Origin: the human T2T-CHM13v2.0 reference genome, Homo sapiens
Length of the DNA: 64,000 nt
Assembly (NCBI RefSeq): GCF_009914755.1
Contig: NC_060926.1
Direction: 5' to 3' (one strand)
Under the pieces are notes generated by a model. That model searched no databases and was not told the DNA's origin. It was given only the letters and a program-made list of their open reading frames with translations. Each line of letters starts with the position of its first letter. The stretch's first letter is position 1. Shown in pieces: positions 14,691 to 27,247 of the stretch. The position numbers and the translations under genes were made by a program.

Positions 14691-15340
14691 GAGTCCAGAT
14701 TTGTCGTTTTCAAACATTAGCCAAGGGATCCTTTCTTCCAATAAAATCCTTCACAGAAACTAAGATAAAAAGCAGGTAAGAATAGAGTCCTCTAGTTGAA
14801 TCAGGAAGGTGGGGCAGAGAGCAGAGTTGTGATTTCACCTTCTCATGACCCTTCTCATGGCATACGGACATTTCTCATGGTAAAATAAAATAGTTAATTA
14901 ACATACTAGAAAATATTCAGCCTCATAATAATCAAATGCAAACAAAATAAAAGATAAGATCTTATTTTTTTACTCATAAATTAGCAAAGGTATTTTGAAT
15001 GATAGTGTAAATAAGGACTAACTAGAATGTTATAACCAATATTCTTATATGCAGAAAAGCAAATGAGTACCACCTTTCTGGATGTACTTTAAAATATTTA
15101 TGTTTTCTTTTAATGCAATACTCTACTCTCTATGAATTTATTATGCAGAAATGGTGTGAAATTCAGGCAGATTTATGCACAGTTCCGGAACTAGACAGTG
15201 GTGATAGTTGCATAACACTGTGAATATACTTAATGCCATGGAATTGAATAGCTTCAAATGGTTACAATGCTAAATTTTATGTTGCATATTTTACCACAGT
15301 ATACACAAAGAATTATGCAAAAATATGCATTTCATTATTA

Positions 15341-15700
<360 letters not shown>

Positions 15701-15984
15701 TTAGTCATTGCCACATTATGGTGTTTTTGGAAAATTCTTGTGATATATATACACTTACTTATGTGAAAAAAAAAAAAACAGGATGTGAAACTATATCCAC
15801 AATATTACCTCAGCCATTTCTTTAAAAATAGAATAATCTAGATAGAAATATGTCAAATATTACCTGTAATGGAGCCTAGAAGAGTAGTAGAATTATTAAC
15901 ACCTCTTCCTTTCTCTTCTACTTTGAGAAGCTTTCCAAAATTTGCTAAAATTAGCACTTTCTTAAAACATGAGATTTTTGTGTG

Positions 15985-16104
15985 TGTGATTTTTAAATTT
16001 TAGCTTATTAGCTATCATTAGTGTTAGTGTATTTTATGTGTGGCCCAAGACAATTCTTCTTCTTCTAGTGTAGCCCAGAAAAGCCTAAAGATTGGACAAC
16101 CCTG
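15985..16104. mobile_element. MER30 fragment
   Basis: gctatcattagtgttagtgtattttatgtgtggcccaagacaattcttc...gattggacaaccctg. Confidence 0.75.
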
Positions 16105-16180
16105 CTCTACTACCTCTTAAAAAAATAGAAAAAAAAAAAAAAAATAGGAAGAAAGCGCATTCTTTTCTTATTGCTGCTTT

Positions 16181-17008
16181 ATTTTTTTTCCATAAGTTAT
16201 TAGGGCACAAGTGGTATTTGGTTACATGAGTAAGTTCTTTAGTGGTCATTAGTGAGATCCTGGTGCACCCATCGCCCGAGCAGTATATACTGCACCATAT
16301 ATGTTGTCTTTTATCCCTTTTAGCCCCTCTCCCACTCTTCCCCCCAAGTTCCCAAAGTCCATCGTATCATTCTTACGCCTTTGTGTCCTCATAGCTTAGC
16401 TCCACATATCAGTGAGAACATACAATGTTTGGTTTTCCATTCCTGCGATACTTTACTTAGAATAATAGTCTCCAATCTCATCCAGGTCATTGCAAATACT
16501 GTTAATTCATTCCTTGTTATGGCTGTGTAGTATTCCATTGTATATATATGCCATAGTTTCTTTCTCCACTTGTTGACTGATGGGCATCTGGGTTAGTAAC
16601 CATTTTGCAATTGTGAATTGTGCTGCTATAAACACATGTGTGCAAGTATCTTTTTCAAATCATGACTTCTTTTCCTCTGGGTAGACACCCAGTAGTGGGA
16701 TTGCTGGATCAAATGGGAGTTCTACTTTTAGTTCTTTAAAAGATCTCCACCCTGTTTTCCATAGCGGCTGCACTAGTTTGCATTCCCCACAGCAGTGTAG
16801 AAATGTTCCCTGATAGCTGCATCCATGCCAACATCTACTGTTTTTTGATTTTTTTATTATGGTCATTCTTGCAGGAGTAAGGTGGTATCTCATTGTGGTT
16901 TTAATTTGCTTTTCCCTGATCATTAGTGATGTTGAGCATTTTTTCATGTTTGTTGGACATTTTGAGAACTGTCTATTCATGTCCTTAGCCCACTTTTTGA
17001 TGAGATTG
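16181..17008 (-). mobile_element. L1PB1-like 3' fragment inserted at the end of an MLT1 LTR
   Basis: ORF 16660-16980 is L1 ORF2-like ([12 protein letters not shown]...[12 protein letters not shown]); TSD ttc(t/c)tattgctgcttt on both sides. Confidence 0.9.
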
Positions 17009-17483
17009 TTCCTATTGCTGCTTTAACATATTTCCACAACATTAGTGCCTTAAAACAACACGCATTTATTATATACAGTCCTAGAGGTCAGAATTCCAAA
17101 ATCTATATATAAGGCTGCATTTCTTCTTCTTGGAGACTCCAGGGGAGAACCTATTTCTTCACCTTGTTAAGTTTACAAGGTGCTGCACACATTCCCCTGG
17201 CCCCTTCCTCCAACTTCAAAACCAGCAGTGTAGTATCTTTTCTCCTCTCTGACCTCTGCCTCTGTTCTTACATCTTCTCCCTATCTTCTGACCCTCTTGC
17301 CTGCTCTTATGAGAATCCTATGATTACATTAGTCCACCTGATAACGCAAGATAATCTCCACATCTCAAGACCTTTAGTTTAATCACATCTACAAAATCCT
17401 TTTTACTTTGGAAGGTAACATATTTGCAGGTTCCAGGCATTAGGACATAAACATCCTCAGGGCCATTTATTCATTCTACCACA
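17009..17483 (-). mobile_element. MLT1 (C/B-like) MaLR LTR
   Basis: attgctgct...ttaaaacaacacgcatttatt...aatcacatctacaaaatcc...ctaccaca. Confidence 0.8.
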
Positions 17484-17487
17484 AGAA

Positions 17488-17655
17488 TGAAGAAAAAAAA
17501 AAAAAGCAAAAAAAAGAAAAGAAAGAAAGGTGGGGACAGGGAGAGGGGAGGGAGGGAGGGAAGGAAGGTAGAGAGAGAGGGAGGGAGGGAAGGAAGGCAG
17601 AGAGGGAGGGAGGGAGGAGGGAAGGAAGGAAGGAAGGAAGGAAGGGAAGGAAAAA
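17488..17655. repeat. A-rich then (GGGA/GGAA)n polypurine tract
   Basis: Seen directly; H-DNA/G4-prone composition. Confidence 0.9.
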
Positions 17656-18602
17656 TGTCTCTCTGCTCCAGTTTTTATTCATGTGTAACCACTGAATTCA
17701 ACTCTCAATGGGAAGAATAACAAAAAGGTTGAAGCTCTTTAATCTCCTATGCTTTTTAAGTATAAAATTTCAGCTAACGAGGAGTGCATGATGCAAGCCA
17801 TCTATACTAGAAATGGAGGGAAGGGGTAGCTTCAACCGTGTCAAATACCCAGAGAACATTCTAATGTGTTTAGATCAGTCTGGGGAATCATTTATAAATC
17901 ATTCTGGTTTTAAACATTTTGAATCTTTCTTAGATATGTATTTTTAAAAGTCTTTCCTCTACCATTTTTCTGTGTCAAAGTCTATGGAAATAACCACTAA
18001 GATAAAGAATCATAAAAACTCACTAGCTTATGTTTTCATGTGTTTTATGTATAAGGATATGTTTTAGGTTCTACATAAAGCATATTAAGGTATGCCCAGA
18101 AAATAAAATCATGTCCCCCACATTTTGTTGAGAAACAATGATGGTTAGGTTACAGCCAAATTTTTTTGCTCATTACAAGGTCTGAAATACAGCTTTTGAT
18201 TTCCTTTGTCTGAGTAGAATGTATAACCTTTCTAAATTTATTTTTATTTTCCAACATATTATTTGCCTTGATACTGATGTATGTGGTATACTTATAAAGA
18301 TAAATCTTTCTTCTTTCCTTTCCTAATTTGTTCAAACCTTTGATGAGAAGAACCAATATTGTAAAGAATGCTGATGGCTTCATAAATATTTTTATCATTG
18401 AATTTCAAAAAAGCACATACAATAGTTACATAACTCTTACTCCCATTCATGTGTCATCTTTGGAGTCTATGGTTAATAATAATAACACTAAAAACAATGG
18501 ATTTAGATTGAGTAGGTACCTGTACATGGGTAAATTCATTGATTCGTTAAGTATTTACTACTACCTCAAAGAGAGTAAACAGCCTGGTGGGAGAGACAGG
18601 CA

Positions 18603-18804
18603 CAGTGACATGCTGAAGCTGGCTTAAGCTGGGTCTCATTGGCTCCCAAGAGCCAATTCTCTGCATCTCTTCTCAATTCCACTTCATTGACATCAAGTTA
18701 GTAGCTTGAAATCAGCCATGGTGAGAGTGAGAGTATTTACACCACAGAAATTGGCAAACACTATAAATTTGGGCTTTTTGTTAGACATTCACCAGGCACC
18801 ACTG
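18603..18804. mobile_element. MER63A-like DNA transposon
   Basis: cagtg...tagcttgaaatcagccatggtgagag...tatttacaccacagaaattggcaaac...caccactg with degenerate TIRs. Confidence 0.7.
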
Positions 18805-20533
18805 CAATACATAGATGTGGCTAACAATGTGATGTGTTAAGAAACAAGAGAGATAATAAAAGCACCAAGAAGGGGTGCTGAACACAGTTAGAAGGATCAA
18901 AAAACCTTCCCTTTTGGGGCTAACCTCCAATATCACCTCCTCTGAGAGGCCTTTCAATACAACCTTCCTGAAAAAATCCTGCTCCCAGGCATGCTGTCAT
19001 ACTACACTGTGCATTTCTTTCAGAAAATCTGCCACAGTTGGTGATTATCTTACTTATTTTTACTTATCTGTCTCCCTTACTGGGATGTAAACTCTTCAAT
19101 GCAGGTTCTTATCTGCCTTGTCTCCCTGGCTACTAAAAGGCACTCAAAGTATTTTTTTAAAGTTAGTGGTGGAGTAGCAGTAGGGTCTCAAAGGATGAGC
19201 AGAATTTGGCTAGGCAAAGAACTAAAGGTAGAACATTCTGAGCAGACAGAAATACAAAGAGTGGTGGCCAGAGAAAGATAGTGTGTGCATAAAACTTACA
19301 GTCCAAATTAAGGAGTGGCCTCTACACTGGATCATGTGAGCCACAGGGACTCATGAAGGCCACTGTTCAAACTCCTATTTACCCAGAGATGAGCAAGAGC
19401 ATGGCTAACTCCAAATTGGCACAGATGTGGTTTTAGGTCAGGAAAGAAGAAAACTAATGAAACATCTCTCTCCTATCTGATTGGTAAATTGAAGTTCTTT
19501 TTCCTCAGTAGAAGGGATTTATCCCTAAAAAGCATTGCTGAATCTCCCCAATTCAGAGTGTTCAAAGTGTGAAGCATTTGATAGCATTTAAATTGAAACA
19601 AATAAACAAGGCAATGAGGATATGTTGGTTTCCCCCATGTGCATTATTGAAGTCCTTCTGCAAATAATTGTGGTCTCTTGACAATGCTGCATGTATTAGA
19701 TCATCTGAGAAATGTATTAAAGGGGTTTTCTGTTCAGTGAGGGAGCAGGGTGTTCAGTACCTAAGGAGATAAACTAATTTGACTACAGGTATTGAGTCTG
19801 CATAAAGCATTGAGCCAGTGCCCTCTCCCACTTCTCCAACATGCCACAATCTATTAGATGAGGCGATAGGATCTTCAATGGGATGAAGAAAGGATAAAAT
19901 GATGGAATGACTAATTCTGCTGGGTGAAATTCAGCAAGGTTTCAGGGGAAGGTAATGTTTGGTTTGGCCTTAGGAGATGAGTAGAACTTGAGCAGGCAAA
20001 GTCTCAGTGGAGGGGGCACTTCAACAGGAAGAACATGCTGATCCAAACCACAGAGGCCAGAAGTCAGGGTGTAGATATATTTGAAGGCTCATGGAACTGC
20101 CACACATAGATTAACTTACACAACTCTGAGCAGAACAACTGCCAATGTGCTTTTGCAAAACAACATTCTAATTTTACTTCAGTTTTCATAATGGCAAAGT
20201 GATTCATTAGTTCCTATTACACATTGCAATTTCAAAATGATAAAACACTGAGAGTCCTTTCTTAATTATGAAAGTTCAAAAAAGGGAACTTAAGCCAAAT
20301 CTGCTGTTTCCACTCAGCAAATGTGTGGCCACAAGAGGTGCTTGACCCGCCTGCATACAACTCCTATTAAGTCTTGTCCATACAAGCTTAATAATAAGAT
20401 AATATCTTTGCTTTGTATACACAGTGGAGCCTCATATGCATACCATAATTGACTATGCAGGGTTAGAGAGGCCCCAAGTCAAGTTATGTCACAGCCACGG
20501 CATAATCAACTATATTCATTAAAAGCACAATCA

Positions 20534-20845
20534 GGCCAGGCTCACACCTGTAATCCCCGCACTCTGGGAGGCCAAAGCAAGTGGATCACCTGAGGCCAGC
20601 CTGGCCAACTTGGTGAAACCCTATCTCTACTAAAAATACAAAAATTTATGGGGCATGATGGTACTTTTTTGTAATCCCAGCTACTCGAGAGGCTGAGGCA
20701 TGAGAATTGCTTGAACCCAGGAAGTGGCGGTTGCAGTAAGCTGAGATTGCGCCCCTACGCTCCAACCTGGGTGACAGAGTGAGGCTCCATCTCGATAAAT
20801 AAATAAAAACAAACAAACAAACAAACAAATAAATAAATAAATAAA
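20534..20845 (+). mobile_element. AluS with small internal deletions
   Basis: Alu body, (AAAT/AAAC)n tail, TSD aaaagcacaa. Confidence 0.9.
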
Positions 20846-21473
20846 AGCACAATTCAGGTAAAACTCACTTGAAGACAACTTAAAATGTGAAAATAACTGA
20901 TTTCCAAAATGGACATACAAAGGTGATTGTTTTATACTTATTTCACCATTGGTTTCACTTAAATAGTGAGTTTTAAAATGACAATTTATCAAAAGCTATT
21001 TTCATCAGAAATATATTTTGTGTGTAAAGAAAAGCACCCCAAGGGCTGCTTGGTGACCAAGAACAGAGACTGATTCTGGCTGGCTTAAGTTAAAACAGAA
21101 ATTCTTGTATGAATATTATCAGAGAAAGATAGTGTGTGCGTAAAACATAAAGTCCAAATTAAGGAATGGCCTCTAGACCACTAAATAAAAGATAAAGCTG
21201 GAAATAGAGCTCAAAAAAATCTGTGCCTCCCCAACCCAGAAAAAGAGGGCAGCTCTTGGAATCCAGATAGAACTGATAGGAAGTGCCTCTTTGATCATTT
21301 TTCTGATCTTTTTCACTCAGCTCAAGCTTCAAATTCCCAGGATAAAATGACCAATCTGGAATTATCCAGAGACAATCACACCCCTTCAATTACAGTCCCA
21401 CGGAAGCTACACAGGTTCGTGGAGAATGGTTTCCTCAAAGGAAATTGGTGCTTTTATCAAAGAGGGTAGAATG

Positions 21474-21724
21474 GGTTGGGCATAGTGGCTCATGCCAGTA
21501 ATCCCAGCAATTTGGGAGGCCAAGGTGAAAGTATACCTTGAGGACAGGAATTCCAGACCAGCCTGGGCAACATAACAATATCCTGTCTCTAGAAAAAAAA
21601 AAAAAATAGCTGAGCGTGGTGACACAAGCCCATAGTCTTAGCTACTCGGGAGGCTGAGACAAAAGGATCACTTGAGCCCTGGGCAACAGAGCAAGACCCT
21701 GTCTAAAAAAGAAAAAAAAAAAAA
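21474..21724 (+). mobile_element. AluJ with deleted right arm
   Basis: ggttgggcatagtggctcatg...ggatcacttgagccc|tgggcaacagagcaagaccctgtct plus A tail. Confidence 0.85.
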
Positions 21725-23155
21725 GAGAGTAAGAAGGTGGAATGAATACCAAGTAGCCAGAAGATGAGGAATAGCCATTCTAACCCCTAACCTGAGGGTG
21801 TTCTGCCTGTGATTAGTCCTGACTCACTATACCAGTGTGATACAGTTGAGAATTTTGTCTTTCTCCTTATCCAGCCTTTCCCTGACCCTTTTTGTTCTGA
21901 AGAGGTCAGTAGCAACTTCTAGAATCTGTTTGTGGAGGGAATTTTAAAATACATACCTGTTGGTTAGTCGGTGTTTCCATGTGATACTTTTTACATACTC
22001 AACAATTTACTTATCCCTCCATATATAGCAATATGAGTGTTATCTAACCACTAGGAATTTTTCTCCATGAAGTCTATAGTCACATGCTAGTGAGATAATT
22101 TAAATATGTCCACAGAATACAGAATATTTTTCAAATAAGTTTTTAAAAGCTTAAAAGGAAAAAGACTAATTAAAAAAAGGCTTTAGGTCTTTCGTACCAA
22201 ACATTCTATTAAGCAGATATTTTTTGTGTAAGTTACTTAATTACACAGTTGAGCACTGTGTAAACACATCTCAACTCTCTATATCAACTTATGTAGCTGT
22301 TAAATAAAAAACCTATAGTATGTACAATATGTTGCATTTTTCCATAGGAAAAAAATGAGTTCTGTCAACATGTCCAGCCAAGCTAAAGTAGAATGACTTC
22401 AGCTACAAATATCTAGAAATGCTGAGTAAAACAGGATAAAAAAGAATTTGTTTTTAAATGCCCAGCTAAGCTCATGAGAAATAATGAAGAATTCCAAGAA
22501 TACGGAAATGACCAGGTTCCAGAAAGGCAGAGGATGTCCAAATGGATGCAGCAGTGGCCTTGGGGTGGGAAAAGCAGAGGGGCTCAGATGATGCTGGGAA
22601 ATAGGCCCTCCCATCTACACTAGGACAAGATACAAGAGTGGGCCATGCAAAGAGGACAGTGGCGGCTGAGACCTCTAGATCAAGCTAGAGTCCTACAGCG
22701 CTACAACCTCAGTATAAAGGAACTGGACAAAGTCCACCTACCCACCAGGGAAACAGCAAAGAGGCTTGCCTCAGCCCTAAGAGCAGGGTGGGAAAGGAAA
22801 GTTTCCCACGAGAAAATGAAGCCCCATGGCCATGCCAATCCTAGGCTTGGAAGCTGAATTTGCACTTTCCTTGTGATATGGGATTTCCCCAGTTTGAGAC
22901 TGACATAGATGTTGCTCCTGAGCTGGTTGCCCAGGGCTCCTTGAAGAAGAAAATCCAAAACATCTCTAGAAGGATATTCCACAGGAATTACCACAGGGAT
23001 TACCACAGAGGAAAAAAATTTGCTAAAGATCGGGTTATAATTTTTTTTTAATTATATAGTATATGAGGTAAAGATCCAACATGAGTGAGGATCCAAAGCT
23101 CTCTCAGAATCCAAAGGTCTCTGCCATAGAAAAGCAGATATCATTTCCAAATTAT

Positions 23156-23330
23156 TTTATTTATTTTATTTTTATTATATTTTTAGAGATGGAGTCTCAC
23201 TCTGCCACCCAGGGCTGGAAGTACAGTGGTGTGACCATAGCCCACTTCAGCCTTGACTTCCTGAGCCCAAGAGATCGTCCCACCTCATCTCCCAAGTAGC
23301 TGAGAGTACAGGTACATGCCACCATGTCCA
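23156..23330 (-). mobile_element. AluJ right-monomer fragment
   Basis: agagatggagtctcactctgccacccagg...; approximate TSD tttc(c)aaat(t/a)atttta. Confidence 0.85.
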
Positions 23331-23665
23331 GTTTCAAATAATTTTATATTATCTGGAAGCTAGTATGAAAGAAATATTAAAATGACTAAAGAGATTAAAG
23401 AAGGAATAAAATTCATAATGAAAGAATAAGACATTATGACAAAAGAACACACACAATTTTTAAAAGAACCAAATGGAAATCTGCAAATAAAAGATAAAAC
23501 CTGAAAAATTAATGGATTGGTTAAATAACAGACTGGACTCTGATGAAGAGAAAATTAGCTAACTGGAAGAAAAATCCTGGCATATTACTTTGAATGTAGC
23601 ATGGAGAGACTTTTTTAAATGTAAAAAACATAAAAGGTGGAAAGTAAGCAAGATGAAAGATGGTG

Positions 23666-24314
23666 TGCATAGGAGCCAAGAGAAAACTTCCCTTTAGAAG
23701 TTTTACTGAAAAATCAACTAGAAAAAGGCATATTATTTATTTTATTTTATTTATTTATTTGCCTGCTAGACAAATTCTAAAAGAGCTTTAACATTGCCAA
23801 AAGGCAGGTTAATAGGAGAAAGGCATACAAGTGTATTAGCATGTACAGGAGACATACAGAGATCTGAAAAGCAAGATGCTTGATGCTTTTATACCATCTT
23901 GAAGTTACAGAAATAACAGGGGCTCAGAGAATGGCCCAAAACACGTTTTGATGGTAAATCAGGTTATGATGGCAAGACCAGGTTATGGGAGGAATAGAGA
24001 GGAAGCCTGGCTCGTAAAGGTGGTCTCCTTATGTAGAGGAAACCTCACAGGTGGCAGCCCTCAGAGAGAATAGGTAGTAAGTGTTTCTTTAGGCCCTTAA
24101 CGGTGTCAAACTCTCAGTTAATTTTTCCTAAATTGGACAAGGGAGAGCCTCAGAGAAAGCCTGGCTTTGTCAATGCAGATTTTCTTTACAGAAGCAAATC
24201 TCCCTACAAAAGACAGCTTTTCAGCTATTCTTATATTTCCAGGTCTTCTGCACAGCCATCTTGAAATATGTAAAAGAAGTATATTTGGCAGGTGAAATAT
24301 TTTAGTTTCCTTCA
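23666..24314 (-). mobile_element. MER39/MER34-group ERV1 solo LTR
   Basis: Ends ...cagccatcttgaaatatgtaaaagaagtatattt...ttttagtttccttca, resembling the reverse complement of the MER39-type 5' end. Confidence 0.75.
23731..23796 (-). pseudogene. U7 snRNA retropseudogene, 3'-truncated (nt 1-36) with A-rich tail
   Basis: Minus strand CAATGTTAAAGCTCTTTTAGAATTTGTCTAGCAGGC versus recalled human U7 CAGTGTTACAGCTCTTTTAGAATTTGTCTAGTAGGC (33/36); Sm site AATTTGTCTAG intact; TSD aaaaggca. Confidence 0.88.
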
Positions 24315-24809
24315 AGTGAAAGGTCCAAGATACATCTATTTAATAGGATTTCTAGAAAGGTTTATAGAGAAAATAAAGAAAATTCAAAGAGTTGATGTCT
24401 GGAATTAACACAAATCCTCACATCGAAGAGGGTGTGCAAAGAGGCCAGAAAGGGAAAAATAGAAATAAATCTGCACTTAAATACGTCAAAGCAAAACTGT
24501 GTAGCATCAAAAAGAGAGTATCTTAAGATCAGTGGAAAATAAAAAATGGAATAATTGGACTTACAGCAGACTTCTCAAAAGCAACAACAGAGGCCAGAGG
24601 AAAATGAAATCATGTCTTCAAGTATAATTTCAACCTAGAATCCTTTATCAAGCTAAGTTGTCATTCAAGAATGAAAGCAAAGTAAAAATAGATATTGAAA
24701 TCAACAAAGAATAAGAAATACCAAACACAGGCCCTCATAAGATAAAAGGAAATTAAATTGAAGAAAGAATAGCAACAAAAGGACTATTAAACAAAAAAGG
24801 TGGTAAATA

Positions 24810-24974
24810 TGTTCGGGCATGGTGGTGTGCGCCTATAGTCCCAGCTACTTTGGAAGCTGAGGCAGAAGGACTACTTTAGCCCAGAAGTTCAAGGCTGCAG
24901 TGAGCTATGATTGAGTTACTGCACTCCAGCTCTCCAGCCTGGGCAATTGAGTGAGACCTCACTTGAAAAAAAAA
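24810..24974 (+). mobile_element. AluJ/FRAM right monomer
   Basis: gggcatggtggtgtgcgcctatagtcccagctact...gcactccagc...A tail. Confidence 0.85.
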
Positions 24975-25301
24975 GTGTAAATAAACATTGAATGTAAAAA
25001 CTTCTAATATTTCATTTGAAGAGTTTAAAAATAAGGTACAGCTGAAATGTCAGTGTGAAAAATATGACTGCTTACAGTCAAGATGTACTAAGGTCTTTTT
25101 CTTGTTCAGAAGGATTCACTTTACACTGTGTAAGTCAAGTATGTGTGTCAAAAGTGTACAGGTAATCACTAAAAAAAAAATAGACTGCAAAAGAATGTAA
25201 AACTTCTAAATCAGTACTAAAAACATAAAAATTTGATCAATTCAAAGAAAGGAGAGAAAAGGAAATAAAAACATAAGATATATATATATATATACACAAG
25301 C

Positions 25302-25493
25302 CCTTGAACTTCTGGGTTAAAGTAGTCCTTCTGCCTCAGCTTCCAAAGTAGCTGGGACTATAGGCGCACACCACCATGCCCGAACATATTTACCAGCTTT
25401 TTTGTTTAATAGTCCTTTTGTTGCCATTCTTTCTTCAGTTTAATTTCCTTTTATCTTATGAGGGCCTGTGTTTGCTATTTCTTATTCTTTGTT
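25302..25493 (-). repeat. 192-bp inverted copy of 24703-24894
   Basis: Reverse complement aligns gap-free with 5 mismatches by manual comparison. Confidence 0.93.
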
Positions 25494-25517
25494 TATATAT
25501 ATATACACATATATATA

Positions 25518-25864
25518 TTTCCATAGGTTATTGGGGAACAGGTAGTGTTTGGTTACATGAGTAAGTTATTTAGTGGTGATTTGTGAGATTTTGGTGCACC
25601 CATCACCTGAGCAGTGTACGCTGTACCCTATTTGTAGTATTTTATCCCTCACCCCCTTCCCACCCTTGCCCCCTGAGTCCCCAAAGTCCTTGTGTCATTC
25701 TTATGCCTTTGCATCCTCATAGCTTAATTCCCACTTATGAGTGAGAACATACGATGTTTGGTTTTTCATTCCTGAATTACTTCACTTAGAATAATAGTCT
25801 CCAATCTCATCTAGATTGCTGCAAATGCTATTAATTCATTCCTTTTTATGGCTGAGTAGTATTC

Positions 25865-25924
<60 letters not shown>

Positions 25925-26578
25925 CACAGTTTCTTTCTCCACTCATTGATTGATGGGCATTTGGGTTGGTTCCACATTTTTGCAATTGCAAATTGTGCTG
26001 CTATAAACATGCATGTGCAAATATCTTTTTCATATAATGACTTCTTTTCCTCTGGGTAGATACCCAGTAGTGAGATTGCTGGATAAAATGGTAGTTCTAC
26101 TTTTAGTTCTTTAAGGAGTCTCCACACTGTTTTCCATAGTGGTTGTACTAGTTTACATTCCCACCAGCAGTGTAGAAGTGTTCCCTGTTCACTGCATCCA
26201 TGCCAACATCTACTATTTTTTATTTGTTGATTATGGCCATTCTAGCAGGAGTAAGGTGATATCACATTGTGATTTTGATTTGCATTTCCCTGTTCATTGG
26301 TGATATTGAGCATTATTTCCTATGTTTGTTGGCCATTTGTCTATCTTCTTTTAAGAATTGTCTATTCGTGTCCTTAGTCCACTTTTTGATGGGATTGTTT
26401 GTTTTTTTCTTGTTGATTTGTTTGAGTTCATTGTAGATTCTGGATATTAGTCCTTTGTCAGACGTATAGATTGTAAAAATTTTCTCTCATTCTGTGGGTT
26501 CTCTGTTTACTCTGCTGACAGTTCCTTTTGCCATGCAAAAGCTCTTTAGTTTAATTAAGTCCCAGCAATTTATCTTTG
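25518..26578 (-). mobile_element. L1PB-type 3' fragment with internal (TG)n at ~25870-25922
   Basis: ORF 25924-26127 is L1 ORF2-like ([19 protein letters not shown]...CTCMFIAAQFAIAK). Confidence 0.9.
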
Positions 26579-26867
26579 AAAAATATATGTTTTAAGATCG
26601 AATATGTAATATAGTCTAAGTAGCGTTTAGAATTACACCTATACATTAGTATAACTTCATTTTCAGAAAAAATGAAAAGATCATAAAATACCTTATGTAA
26701 ATAATCATAAAAAAGTAATACAACTAACTACCTACTAAATCACAGAGCCTCTCTGATTAGATTAAAAATAAACAGACAAAATAATAATCCACATGAATGC
26801 TTCTTACAGAAGACCCACCTAGAACACAATGACACTGAAAGGTAGAAAAAATGAAAAAATATATATA

Positions 26868-27247
26868 TAGATGGTCCCTGAGTTATAATGGTTCAACTTA
26901 TGATTGTTTGACTTTACTATGGTGTGAAAGCAATACATATTCATTAGGCACTCCATTTAGTAGAAACTGTACTTCAAGTACTCATGCAACCATTTTGTTT
27001 TTCACTTTCAGTATAGTATTTAATAAATTACATGAGATATTCAACACTTTACCATAAAATCGGCTTCGCATTAGATAATTTTGCTAAACTGTAGGCTAAT
27101 GTAAGTGTTCTGAGCATGTTTAAGGTAGGCTAGGCTAAGCAATGATGTTCATTAGGTTAGGTGTATTAAATACATTTTTGACATGATGTTTTCAACTTAT
27201 GATGGGTTCATCAGAATGTAACCCCATTGTAAGTCAAGGAGCATCTG
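26868..27247 (-). mobile_element. MER47A (TcMar-Tigger) DNA transposon
   Basis: Degenerate TIRs tagatggtccctgagttat...gtaagtcaaggagcatctg; internal taaggtaggctaggctaagc. Confidence 0.8.

Noticed and set aside
22367-22386. p53-like site caacatgtccagccaagcta; half-sites near 2776 and 35078
   Set aside because: Several mismatches or only a single half-site; expected by chance.
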